From the human T2T-CHM13v2.0 reference genome, Homo sapiens: a stretch of DNA of 64,000 bases. The position numbers were made by a program, and so were the translations under genes. The stretch is taken from assembly GCF_009914755.1 (NCBI RefSeq), contig NC_060932.1. The stretch is one strand, 5' to 3'. This document shows positions 50,601 to 64,000 of this stretch, one piece after another; position 1 is the first letter of the stretch, and each line of letters begins with the position of its first letter. The notes under the pieces are model-generated. The model ran no database searches, had not been told where the DNA came from, and saw only the letters and a list, made by a program, of their open reading frames with translations.

Positions 50601-52830
50601 TAGGACTCAGTTTCCCTGCTTCCCTCCATCACACAGAGAGAGCCAGGTAGCCCTCATATTGCCCTTTTTGCTATGGCTGCTGGGATGCTCAAAGCACATT
50701 TGTGCCCCATTGTTCTGACCTTCCCAGGCTTGCCATTTTGGGGCAGCTTGCCCGTCTGCTCTGGCTTTGTGGTCCCCTCCAGCTGCCTGGCTTTTTTTTT
50801 TTTTTTTTTTTTTTTTTACAATGCCTGGATTATAATTGTAAGAATGATGCTTCAATTATTTTTGGAAACTGGGGGGAAATACCTTTTTTGTAAAGTCACG
50901 GATTCCAGCTCTGGTTGGCAGCAATTCACCCCCGAGCTTCTTCCCACTGACCTGCCAGGAGACTCTGCCATCTTTTCTGAACAAAACCCGGTGGCCTATG
51001 TGGAAATACCGTGGCTATTTCCTTGGGAGCCAGCCACTGTGTCGTTGGGCCCTGGTGCCACTGGGGTGGGCAGGGGCTACAGCACGGGCTCTGGGAGGTG
51101 ACAGAACTTGGCTTGCGTGCTGGGTCCTCCACCCACTGACCGGGCAGCCCTCAGCCGCCACTGCTGATTTTCGTGCCTTAGTCCTCAGCTGTGAGGGGGA
51201 ACACAGCAACAGGACCTCTGGGGAGCTGCTGAGGGGATCATGAGAGAGACTGTTGGTCATGCCCCCGATCCCAGCCTGGCACGGTGAGAGCCCAACAGAG
51301 AGAGGGCAGCTGTTTCTCCATGATGGGCCGCACTCCCTGCCCTATATGCAGGCTGGCACAGACACCTTCCCCAGGGCTAAGGGGGGCCATCAGCTTTTCC
51401 CCAGCACCAGCTGGCCCTTGTGCTCAGAGGGTTCTGGAATCAGAAGCAGACATGTTCCCCCTCTTTGCAGCTGTGTGGCCTTGGACAAGCCTCTTGACCT
51501 CTCTAGGGTACCATGTCCTCACCTGTAAAACGGGAGTCAGAAGCATGTCTGGTGTACAGCCTCGATGAGCTGGTGCAACCAGCCGGGGACCTGCCCATGC
51601 AGTGTTCTGTAAATGTGGCTATTACTTGTTCCCTTGTCTGGCCACCCCTCCTCTGTCCAGAGAACACAGTTGCCTTGCAGGGTGCCTCTTATCCTCCCTG
51701 GAGCCATCTCTTCGGCTCAGCCCAGAACACACCAGCCTCGATAGGGAGCTGGAGTTGCCAAGGGCACAGCAAGGGCATGCTGTTTGACCTGTTCCATTCC
51801 CCGTAAGGCGCTGCTCCGAGAACCAGGATAGGCACGCAGGAGGTGCTCAGTATTTTCTGAATAGGCCAATGTGATCTGGGAGATAAGCTTGCTGAGCAGA
51901 GGGGCTGGGGCCTCCTGGGGCCCTGCTCATTCTGGGTGCAGGCGGAGCCCCAGAGGGAGGGCAGGAATCCGGGGTGTTGGCTGGAATCGGGAGGCCAGGT
52001 TCTTTCCACCTCCCCAGCTGTCCCCGGAGACTTCATACCCTTCGATATTCAAAGGAGACGGGTTCCTCCTTTGATTCTGGGGCCGCTGGGGATGGGGTCA
52101 GGTACGCCCCTCTCCTTGCCCCTGCTCCAGTTTCCTGGGAACGGACTCTGAGGAGCAGCGAGGATGTTTAATTAATTGCAATTACTATCTTCAAAGGAAG
52201 CCCAGAGTTGAAAGTTGTTCCTAATTACTGTGTTATGATGTCGACCAGCTACTTAAATTGATTGTGTGAGAATTTCCGATGGAGAATTGATTGAGTTGCT
52301 GTGAGGACCTACTCTATGTCCCTCCCCTTTAGATGTTTGGCCTAGGCAAAGGCGTGTGGGGCTGGAATGACAACGAGGGCTGGGACCCGGGCGGCAGCTG
52401 CCTAGATGAAGACCTCGTCGCCAAGGTCGGGGCCGCGGGCTCGGTGTGATGGCCCGTGGAGTCCATCATGCGCTTTCTCTGCTGGCCTCTGGCACTTCGC
52501 AGGGGGCGCTGCTCCTCCTGGCTCCTGCAGTGGGTGAGGTCAGCAGGTGACCAGTGCTGGCCGACGAGTTGTGGGCACAATGACGTCTGTCACTTCTGGG
52601 TCAAAGCATTTATGGCCAGTGTGAGAGCCTCTGAGCTCTCTTTCTGTCTGCCACCACAGGGTGTGCTCAAGACAGTGGCTCCTTCACCACCCGAGTCCTG
52701 GGCTGGCCCAAGGCGGGGGACCTGCGGTGTGAGTGAGAGGCGAGCCGTCGTGATGCCAGCCCCTGAGAGTTTGGGAAGGCTTTCTTACAGTGTCATCTAG
52801 CCTCTCCTGACCAGCACAGGATCCAGCAGG

Positions 52831-53002
52831 CAGGCCCGGCTGTGTAATGTGCAGGCCCAGTGTGAAGTGAAATGCAAGCCCACCGTGGGAAAATTAGTAA
52901 GATTTGGCACAGCAGGGGCAGCACGTTAGAGCCAGCTGGGGCCTTCTGAGCACGGGCCGTCTGTGACCACTCAGGTTGCCTCCTGTGCCGTCATCAGCTC
53001 TG
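52831..53002. mobile_element. MER45A-like hAT DNA transposon relic
   Basis: Matches the recalled consensus (caggcccggct..taat..gc.ggcccagtg..aa.tgaaa...gggccttctgagcacgggcc). Confidence 0.65.
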
Positions 53003-56000
53003 TTGCAGGCCCAGGTGTCCTTTGGGGTCTGCAGGTGTGGATGTGTGGCTTCGGCTGAGTGGCTTTCTTCCTCTGTGCCTCAGTTTCCTCATCTGTGAAA
53101 TGGGAGGCTGTGGGGCCCGAATGGGATGGGGCAGGGGTGTGACCGTGCTTCAGGGGGCGCAGGGAGGATGAGTCAAGGTGACTCACTTTCCTCCTGTCCT
53201 TCTGCCTGCAGGAGGAAGCTTCCTCCCTCAGCAGGTGGTCACCTATTGCATTTCAGACACGGGTCTCTGGCCTGGGACCCAGTGGGAGCCCCTGCCTTCC
53301 CGAACGAAGATGGAGCACAGGGTATGGGGGAGTGTGTGCCATCTCAGTGAGAAAAGTGCCTTCGAGGGCATCAAGCAAGCCTGAGGGCGGAGGAGAGGGG
53401 CATCCTTTCCCGCTGGATGGCAGGGAGGCCTCCCCGAGAAGGCACACTGAGCAGAGGCCCCAGGGAAAGGAGGGCTCTGTGGAGGTAGACAGTTGCGGGT
53501 GGGGAGCCCGGGCAGAGGGAACACCAGCGCAGGAATCTGGAGGCCAGAGGGAGGCCCGAGCCTCCAGCCCACGAGGGCAGAATAGGAGGATGCGGCGGCT
53601 CCCGGGACCCAGGCCTGACGGAAGGAACTCGGACTTGTCCTCTGGGTGGGTCTGGAGCCAAGAAATGCCATGATCTCATTCATGCATTAGAACAAGCATT
53701 CCCAAGGGGGTGGTCTCAGCCCCAAGGGAAGTGTTTGGTTCTTGGGGCATGAAGAAATCTCACTGTTTATGTAGAAAGCCCAGATACTTACACGGCACAT
53801 AAACAGACGCATATTTGTCTGTGGTTCTAAAATTCCATGGTGGGCGGGCAAATTAAAAAAAAAAACAGCCTATAAACGTTCCTTAGGTTAGGGGGCAGTG
53901 ATAAAGAAAGCAAGTTTGAGATGCTGATCTGGAAGGATCGTTTCACCGCCATGGGCTGGAAATAGGTTTGGGGGCAGAGGCAGGAGGCGTTCAGGGCTGT
54001 CGTGAGGAGCCCTGCCAGCTCACTTGCTGGGTGGGTCTGGCGGTGTCAGCGGCGGTAGAGAAGTGGGTGGATTCGGGGGTCCTCTGGAAGGGGGAGCCAG
54101 TAGGGATTCCTGAAGGGTAGACACAAACTCGGAGAGAGAGAGGGTCAGGACGGCAAGGCTGGGGCCGGGGCGGCGGGAAGGGTGAGGTTTCTGTGCACTG
54201 AGATGGGGCTGCTGGGGCTGTCTGGGGAGTCCGAGGTGCCCAGGGGCAGGCGGTGGGCTCAGTACACGAACGCTGCGGGCAAACAGGCCGGGGGAGGAGC
54301 GAGGACCTGCCTGCTGATGGCACTTGAAGCGCCCCTGGAGAGGTGCGCTTGGAGCCCCTGATCATGGCAGGCCCTCAGGCTTCTCATCTGCAAAATGGGG
54401 CAGCTGACTCTTGGTCCTGGGTGGGTTCCCATCCCTGGGGTGGGGCTGGAGTTGCTGAGGCCCATTTCAGGCCCGAAGGCTGGGCTGTTCCTGGGAAGTG
54501 ATGAGTGCCCTCTAGCCCTTTCATTACTGGACGCTACCTAGCCCTGAAATGCAATCCAGAAGCGGGGGTACCCTGTCTTCTCTCTGAGCCCAGGAGGGAT
54601 GTCAGGGACAGATGGAGGCCCGGGCGGGGAGGCTTCCAGCAGGCCCTGCCCTGTGCCACCGAGAATGTGGCATATGGAGGCTTACAGGCTATTCTGACAT
54701 TCAGGCACCCTCTGGGCCTCATGTGGGCCCCATGAGAGGTGGGTGGATCAGCTGGCTCCAGAGTGATGGCAGGTCAGGGGCAGGCATGAGAACACCCCAG
54801 CCCCAGACCTGGTGGATCCCGTCATCCCCCCATTTCGCAGTTGGGGAAACTGAGGCACACAGCAATGGCAGGCGGAGAGTGACACTGCAGGTTTCTGGTC
54901 CCAATGTCCATGCTGCTAATGACTGCCCTGTGGCCTGGCTGGATCCCCCAACTTCTCTGAGCTCTGGTCTCATCTGTGGAGTGGGGTGATGGGCACCACT
55001 GTCAGAAGATCACTGGGGATTACGGAAGAAGACGCGTACTGTGTGTGTGCCCAGCCCAGCTTAGACCACAGGGCTGACCGGGTCTCCCCCCGTCATCAGG
55101 GCTTGGGTCTGATGCCCAAGGTGCCTGTGTCCATGACTGTGGGGCCACCCTGGGGTGGGCCTCAGCACTCTGAACCCAGCCCTGCCCTTGATCATTGACC
55201 ACCTCATGCCCTGTGCCCAGTCCCAGGCCAAGGGCTTTGGAAAACATCCCAGGGAGCTCCCCACTCCCTCATTCAACATGTTGGTTCCAAATCCATGAAT
55301 ATGCAATTGTTGCCCACCCCCCTCCACAGAACTTCCTCCACTTCTGCAGCCAGCTTCAACATTAATCACAGATAATTGCTAGCGGGAGTCGTTTATGTCA
55401 AGAGCCATTATTCCTGGGAATAAAGAGACATAAAAGACAGATCCTTTTTGGAAGCCCGGCGTCGCCTGGGGAGGAACAATGCCAGACCTGGAAGAGGTCC
55501 CTGGCCGGCCCCGGCCCACTTCCAGCAGCTCCAAAATGCATGTGACAAACTTGAGGCCCCGGCCTTTGCTGCGTATTCAGTGAGATGAGTCCATCCGTCA
55601 TGTTCACGCGCTTCTCTGAAGTTGTTGTGAGTTTCCTTGAAACCATGAGGGTTTTTTTCTTTTTTCCTTTTTTTGGCAACAACAGCTGGGAATAAGTTGA
55701 CACTTTCTAAAAACTGCCACTTACCGCCCGGAAGGGGCTGAGGGAAAGACACCCCATGTGTGCCAAGTCCCCAGGCCCAGAGCTGAGCTCACATGCCAGA
55801 TCCTGTCCGTCCTCAGCATCTCCAGGGTGGGCGGCCTCCAGGGTTTTCAGGAGGTCAGTGGGGAGAGCAGTCTGGGTAGGAGGAGGTACGGGGTTGAGTT
55901 TTATCCACAGGCTTTATCTGTGGGCATTATCCACGGACATTATCCCTTGGGCTCTGGGCCGGGCTCCCCTCACAGGACCCAAGGACAGATTGAGGGGAAG

Positions 56001-56139
56001 GTAGAGAGGAGTTTCTGCATGTTGTTCATGTTTAACACTGCTTCTATATTTTCATTTTTATTGCAATAGGTCATAAATCAGTTTATTACCTGGAATATCT
56101 GGTTGTTATTTTCTTATAATCAAACACCACGTCTGTCTG

Positions 56140-56410
56140 TGTCTGTTGATACTGACTGCGGCCACACACGAGGCATGGGAACAATGGCTGTGCGGAGCTC
56201 TGGGCCCTCTGCGCTTGTGCACATGTTTGCTGGTATCCGGTGCACGTGCATGCATGCTTCGCACATGTGTAGATGTGTGCACCTGTGCATGCATGCAGGT
56301 GTGCACATCGTTTGCTAGTGTGTGTAGATGTGTCGATGGCAGTACACATGCACACCTGTGTGTGAGTGCCTCGTGTGTGTGTGTCTCTGGGTGCCTGCGC
56401 TCGCTGTGGT
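56140..56410. repeat. Degenerate (TG/CA)n alternating purine-pyrimidine tract
   Basis: tgcacgtgcatgcatgc...tgtgcatgcatgcaggtgtgcaca. Confidence 0.8.
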
Positions 56411-58685
56411 TTCTGTACATGGGTAATAGAAAGCTCTTGTAATTCTGGAAGCCCCATGCCTGCCTTGCCCCCTCTCTGTGTCAGGAACTCTTTGAGCTCT
56501 GTCATTTTATGCATATTCTACCGAGGGGGAAACTGAGGCTGAGAGGGCTCAGAGGACCTGCCGGCTCGGACATGGCTTGGGTTTCTGACTGTAAGTCTCA
56601 TCTATGTCCATAAGGACCCCCTGGGAAGGACAGCGGTGGCTGCGTGGTGGATTGGAGCAGCAGGCAGGACACGGTGTTCTGAGGCCCCTCCTGTCTTTGT
56701 TGCCTTGCTTCCTGGTTGGTCTCACTGCGATTCTCACCAGTCCTGCTTCCAGTGCCCACTCCTACCACACCCTTCACGACCAATGCTGTGGTCCTTCTCC
56801 CCTTCAAGAGCCTCTGTCTCCTACTTCAGTGGTTTCCTGGCCATGCACCTCTGAGCTCCACAAATGGCCCAAAGGCAAAATGAGACTTGCAATCCTCCCT
56901 GAACTGGCTTCCCCCGCTGGGCCTCTCCCAAGATGGCCCTGCCATCTGTGCAGCCAGACAGTGGGGAGTCTTCCGGTTCTCCCACCCCTACCCACCCCCG
57001 CCAGGAGCCTGCTTACCTCCCCACTCTTCCTTCTCTCTCCCTCTCTGTGGCTCAGATGGTCCCTGACCACACATCCTCACGCTGGCACACCTCCTCCTGG
57101 AAGCCTCCCCAGATCCTCCCCACACTCCAGGCTGGGGATCCCCCGGGCTCGTCTCAGCACCTGCCATCACTCTGTGTGACTGCCACTCTGTTCATCTATT
57201 CCCAGCAGGGTTGAGTCTCATGGGCCTGGATGCACAGGGCCAGACGCAGAATGCTCTGTGGTCACCAAGGTGACATGAGATATCAACTAGAACTCAGGAT
57301 GAACTGGATCCTGACCTCTCCAGCCCCATGTCACTGGGGGATGACAGGCAGGTTTCATGCTGTGTGCTGCTGCTGGTTCTTGGGTGTGGGCCTCCTCCGG
57401 TGATGTGTTGAGAAAGACCCTGAAGTGAGTTCTTGGCTCAGTCAGGCATGCACTCTGATGGATTGGTGATGTCTGCCATGGTGTGGAGTGGGCAGAGGAG
57501 GGAGGAGGGAGCAGGGGAGAGCAGGGAGAAACACAGAGGAAGAGGCATGGAAGGTGAGGAGACTGAGGGAAGCTTCCAACCCGGGCCTGTGTGGGGCTGA
57601 CTCTGCCTCTCCTCTGGCTCAGAGCTGCATGGGCGTGGGAACTCCCTCAGCTCAGCTGGCAGCAGGGCCCTGCCCTGGCAGGCCTGGAGCCCAAGAACCA
57701 GCAGGTTTGGCAAAAAGCCCCCGAACCCCAGCAGGCCACCCGCCCAGCCCGGGGGGACTCAGGACCCCTCCCCAGCCTCAGCTGGAGCGCCCCAGGTGAA
57801 CTGTTGAAGTGTTCCTGGAACAGTTTGAAAACATTTTCCCTGTCTCTCTTGTAAGCCTCCTGAAGGGTGGGCTCTTGCCCCACCCCACCTAGCCCTGGGG
57901 ATGGTGTCTCTTGGTGAACACCCTGCAGCAAGACAATGACCGCCTTCCTGACCCTGGCTCCCGTCCACCAAATGCTGAGGCTGCCCTGCTGCGTCCTCCT
58001 CCCTGCCTCTAGGCACTCCCTGGAGACAGCCTGGGCCCAGAGTCAGAAAAACTCAGGTTCACACCCAGGCTTCTTCTCTTATTAGCCGTGTGATTCCAGG
58101 CAGGTGGCTCCTTCCCTCCAAGCCTCCATACCCTCATCTGCAAAATGGAGGTGCCATGAACTGAGGTGAGGCGAGCTGAGTTGAGGTGTACCTGGGACCC
58201 CAGGGTGCTTGGGGAGCTGGTGGGAAAGTCAGTCTTGCCGTCCTGCTGGGAATCTCCAGGTCTCCAGGCGTGTTAGGCCACCTTCGCGATGCTTCGGAGG
58301 CTCAGCTAAGGACCAGATGGTGTTTTGAGCATTTCAATAAGAGCTATTTGCAGTGTTGCTGCCATAAAAAAAAATTCCTGCTTAATGAGCAAATGCACGT
58401 TGGTATTGAGTTAAAGGCGCTTGGATGTTTTAAATATTATGTACGTCGTGTTCGTGTTAACAAACCTGATTTTTAATTACACCTTCCCCTGCTGCCTGGC
58501 TGGGCTGAGGGTAGGGGAGGGGGAAAAAATCAGGCAAAACAAGTGTGTCTTGCTGTCAGAAACGACAGGCAGTTTCTCCGGATCTGTCCTCTGCAGACAT
58601 TGCTCTGATGGCACACGCAGTACTGGAGCTTGGCGGGGGTACAGGATGGCTCCTACCTTGCTAACCCTTATTTTGCACTCCCAGC

Positions 58686-58990
58686 CTGAGCCCTGACCCT
58701 GGTTGAACATTGAGCCTAATCCTGGTCATGTACTGAGCTCCTATCCCCGGTCATACTTGGAGCTTTGAGCCCTGACCCTGGCCACACACCGAGCCCTGAT
58801 CTCATTCACATACTAAACACTGACCCTGGTCGTAGACTGAGTCATGACTTCAGGCATAGGCTGAACCCTGATTCTGGGCACTAACTGAGTCTTGACACTG
58901 GTTGCAAACCCAGCCCATTTCCTGGTCATAATCTGAGCCCTGATCCCAGCCATGAACTGAGTCTTGATCATGTTCAGAGACTAAGCCCTT
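58686..58990 (+). repeat. Degenerate 24-bp tandem repeat, about 12 copies (CTGAGCCCTGACCCTGGTCATANA)
   Basis: ctgag / ctgaccctgg motifs recur with about 24-bp periodicity. Confidence 0.8.
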
Positions 58991-59888
58991 AGACATGTAC
59001 GGAAGACCTCAGCTCCCTTCACCGGTGGCCCCAAGGGGAGGCAGATGTGGTGGGTCTGAGCATGCAGGAAAGGCCTTGTGTGCCCGGACTAATGGTGTGG
59101 ACCTCAGGGACAGAGGCGCGGCGCTAGGCTCCTTTGCTGATGGCGGAGACATGATCCTTGGCTTCCCAGTCACCAGGTGTGACATGGAGATGCCCCTTTC
59201 CACATTCTGTCCACAGCTTCCCTGCCTCTTTCCCAGTGAGGACCTTGTGGTCTCATTGCAGAAATGAGAGAGAGGGCTTGTGCTATGGTCCTGTGTCTGC
59301 TGGGAGCTCCTCCTACCAGATCCCTCCACCCGTCTCTTCCTTTCACAGTGATAAAGCGGGGGCTGTGGGAGGTGAAGTGACTTGCCCAGGGTCCCACGGC
59401 TGGTGCCCTGCAGAGTCATTGGCTTCGAAAGCCTGCAACAGACAAACAGAAGGGGCCCCAGGTCCTTAGGGCCAGTGGATGTGGGAGTGCTGGGGAAGCC
59501 CCACGGAGAGTGACCCCACCCCCCTTGAGGACAGGTGGCTGCATTCACAGAGACGGTGATGGTGGGGATGCGTCCTGCCTTCGCTCTAGCCCAGCCCAGG
59601 CTCCAGCCCCATCACCCTCATTCCAGGGAGAGGGTGAAAGCTGCGCCCAGGGACAGAGCCAAGACGCAGGCCCAGACAGCTCACTCTTCCCCTCAGCCCC
59701 TCTGCCCACTTGTGCACACTGTCTTCATTCTCTTTCCTTTAGCTGGGCCCCTCCACTGGGAAAAGATGAAACGTCTTCTCAGATCCAGTTCAAAAGACTC
59801 CCAGGGAAGGTCCCTGCTTGGTCCACACTGGGTCATGCGCTCACACCCTGGACCAATCAGCTGCTGTTGGGCCAAAAGGCTGCTGTGA

Positions 59889-60364
<476 letters not shown>

Positions 60365-60854
60365 GGCTTGGCCGTCTTTATGGTTGTACAGTGCCACTTT
60401 GATTTTGTGGCAATCATGAAAATATTAAATTAATAAAACCATCATGCTGCTTATAGATTTTAATGTCATATTTGTGAGTTTTTGCCCGGAGATAAGCTGC
60501 AGCAATAAATGCGATTAACTCCTTATGAAGTCTTCTACTTACATTTTTCAAAAAGTGATGCTGATTTTCGACTGGGGACTGCAGAGAGCCTGGAGCCCTG
60601 TCACGTCCCTGCGCTTCCCCCCTTACTGCGTCAGAGTGCGTCAGAGCTGCGAGGGAACCTCACGATCCGCATGTGAAACCTGCTGCTTCCCAGAAAGGAG
60701 GTGGGGGCCAGAGGAGGCCGGGGACCTGCTGAGGCAGCACAGCCCCTCAGAGCAGGGGCAGGAAGGCAGGTCCCCTGAGTCCCAGGCTGCCTGTCCCGTG
60801 CCTGTCCACCCTCACAAGCACTGGCCTGTCACATCCCAGAGATGCCAGCCTGCA

Positions 60855-61366
60855 CGTGATGGTTAATGCTGAGTATCAACTTGATTGGATCGAAGGATGC
60901 AAAGTATTGTTCCTGGGTGTGTCTGTGAGGGTGTCGCCAAAGGAGGTTAACATTTGAGCCAGTGGACTGGGAGAGGCAGACCCACCCTCAGCGTGGGCAC
61001 CATCTAATCAGCTGCCAGCATGGCTAGAATAAGGCAGGCAGAAGAACATGGAAGGACCTGACTTGCTGTCTCCCGGCCTTCATCTTTCTCCCGTGCTGGA
61101 TGCTTCCTGCCCTCGAGCATCGCACTCCAGGCTCTTCAGCCTTGGGACTCTTGGACCTTCAGCCACAGACTGAAGGCTGGACTGTTCGCTTCCCTACTTC
61201 TGAGACTTTGAAACTTGGACTGGCTTCCTTGCTCCTCAGCTTGCAGACGGCCTCTTGTGGGACCTCACCTTATGATTGTGTGAGTTGACTCTCCTTATTA
61301 AACCCCCCTTTATATATACATCTATCCTATTGGTTCTGTCCCTCTAGAGAACCCTGACTGAGGAAC
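60855..61366 (+). mobile_element. MLT2A-type (HERV-L) solo LTR
   Basis: gtgatggttaatgctgagtatcaacttgattggat...tgtctgtgagggtgt...ctatcctattggttctgtccctctagagaaccctgact matches the recalled MLT2A1/2 consensus. Confidence 0.88.
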
Positions 61367-61444
61367 AGAGGACGCGCCGGACCCTTCTTTGCCCAAGAAC
61401 CTTCAGTAGCTCCCAAAGCTCAGAGGAAGAAGCTAGTGTTGCTA

Positions 61445-61955
<511 letters not shown>

Positions 61956-62865
61956 CCAAATAGATTCTGAAATCTGAAGATCCTAAGATGCGTGGGGGTC
62001 ACATTGATGGAGACGCCCCGCACCACCATCTATGACCCTTACTTGCCGCTCCCACTGTCCCCTGGAATGGGTTTGGGTTGTTGGAATGCACCCTGCTGTA
62101 CCCTGCCCCCTCCTTCCTCCAGGCATTCACCCTTGCTGTTTTCTCCACCAGGAACAGCCTTCTTTCTCTTCTTTGAGAATTCCTACTGATTCTCAAGTCC
62201 CAGCTTGGATACCATTGGGGGCCATGGTGTCTCTGGCCAGTGGCTGGGTAGGCTCTGTGTCCCGCGGGACCCTGAGGGGACTCCCTGACGTAGCACTTGC
62301 GTGCTTCTCTCTGACTGCTGGTGTCTGTCTCCTGCCAGGCGGTGTGTGCCCTGGGACAGCTGCCTCTCCTTCTGCTCAGTATCCACAGGAATAGTAGCAC
62401 CGACACCACCATTGTCAGCTCCCCAAGGCAGCTAGCCACATGCCTGGCGCTCTGTATGGGTTTTGGAGCTCCTCCTTTCTACTGAGGGCCACCATTTGGT
62501 GACCTCAGAATGCATAATTTTCAGTGAAGGAATGGACAAAGGCACGAGAAACTTGCAAAAGTTGCCAGGTAGTGGGAGCGACTGCTCTAGATGGCCCCTC
62601 TACCCCAGCCTCAATCTCAGCACGGCTGCTATCAGCATCCCAGGGCTGGAGCTTTGGGCAGGGGTCTTTTCAAGAGGGGGACCCCAAGAGGAGTGGCTCC
62701 GCAGGAGACTGGGCAAGTCAGCCTTGGGATGGAGCTGTGCAGGGAGCCAGGAGCCAGCCAATGGAGGTGGTCCCTGGGCAGGACATGGAAAGACCCCACC
62801 ACCATGCCAGGGTTGAAATGTTTTTGACGTGCCTGATATGGCCAAGAAATTAGGACGTGCTGTCA

Positions 62866-62942
62866 GCTGGATGGACTGGATTGGGGTGGGCTGGATGGGG
62901 TGGGCTGGATTGGGATGGGCTGGATTGGGGTGGGCTGGGCCC
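62866..62942. repeat. (GGGCT/GGATT/GGGGT)n pentamer repeat
   Basis: Directly visible 5-bp periodicity. Confidence 0.8.
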
Positions 62943-63249
62943 AGCAAAGCACCTGAGCTTGGGCTCCCAAGATACTTTCAGGGCATCTGCAAGTTCAAAA
63001 TTGTTTCAGCAAGAATACTCAGATGTTGGTGTCTCTTGCTGTTTTCCCCGATGGTGCAAAAGCAATGACCAGTATTGCTGCGGATCTGCAAGCACCGATC
63101 TCCGCAGTGGTCCCAATGCTGCTTGAAGGCGGGCGTGGGTTCTGCCGTGCCACACGCTTGCAAAACTCCCAAGCCCCAAAACAGTCAGTTTCACCTAGGA
63201 CTGTCTTTGATGAAGCACAGAAAATACTTTTTATTAAATCATGACCTTG

Positions 63250-63525
63250 AGGCTGGGCGTGGTGGCTCACGCCTGTAATCCCAGCACTTTGGGAGGCCAA
63301 GGCGGGAGGATCACTTGAGGCCAGGAGTTTGAGACCAGCTTGGCCAACGTGGTGAAACCCCATCTGTGCTAAAAATCCATCCAAAAATTAGCCGGGTATG
63401 GTTGGGCGCCTGTAGTCCCAGCTACTCAGGAGACTGAGGCATGAGAATCACTTCAACCCAGGAGGCAGAGGTTGTGGTGAGTTGAGATCACGCTACTGCA
63501 CTCCAGCATGGGCAACAGAGTGAAA
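63250..63525 (+). mobile_element. Alu (AluS-type) lacking an A-tail
   Basis: Alu dimer ending at gggcaacagagtga, with no poly-A. Confidence 0.9.
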
Positions 63526-64000
63526 TGCATTCTTCTCCCTGGGACGCTGTCTTCTCCTCTGGAACATGGGATGGTTGTAACTTCTTCACAGGTGTCCTCT
63601 GAAGACCGAAGAGTGTTTGTAAAGTGCCTGGCATTTGTAGAGGTTCTAAACCTGGCACCAGTTATTGCTGGGAATGATCATTTTCCTGCAAACCTAATGA
63701 AATATGTCCCAATGTGTCTGTTTTTGAGAGGGGGAAACTGAGGTTTGGGGGAACTGATCTGTCCAGGGTTACCTAGCAAGGAAGGATTCCAGCTGGGCTG
63801 TTTTACCCTCTAGGGCTGCCTGGCACCCCTCCTCCCACTGGTCCTCCTCAGACCCCACCACAGGGTCCTCCCACCCAGGTGGCTATACCCCCACCCTGGC
63901 CTGCAGCTCAGGCCTTGGCAGAGCCAGTTTCTCAGGGCAACCCCCTATCTGGAGCTGGCTTCCTGGCCGTTGTCATGGGAACTGCTTCCTTGTTGCCAAA

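Overview
Primate (almost certainly human) GC-rich genomic DNA, not prokaryotic: it carries Alu, L1, L2, MIR and LTR elements plus spliced genes. On the minus strand I assembled 15 GT-AG coding exons from an ATG at 35701 to 220, giving 623 uninterrupted in-frame codons; the gene continues off the left edge. I recognise the protein as the N-terminal half of MROH5 (maestro HEAT-like repeat family member 5, chr8q24.3). Divergently on the plus strand lies a two-exon, 192-aa uncharacterised gene (43249-43327 + 47130-47629) that I recognise as C8orf90. Gene names are from recall, not a search. The rest is introns and intergenic DNA with old L1 blocks, Alus, solo LTRs, DNA-transposon relics, two CpG islands and many tandem repeats, including a 42 x 41-bp and a ~22 x 36-bp VNTR. 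Nearly all long ORFs in the track are repeat or GC artefacts. I see no new multi-gene system. The best leads are: (i) a Glu-rich, VNTR-containing reading frame in MROH5 intron 1 ending in a consensus donor that splices in frame into exon 2; (ii) an apparently dead splice donor that extends MROH5 exon 13 by 29 aa; (iii) a C8orf90 stop codon embedded in its own polyA signal; (iv) a degenerate 24-bp repeat family present twice, ~51 kb apart and inverted.
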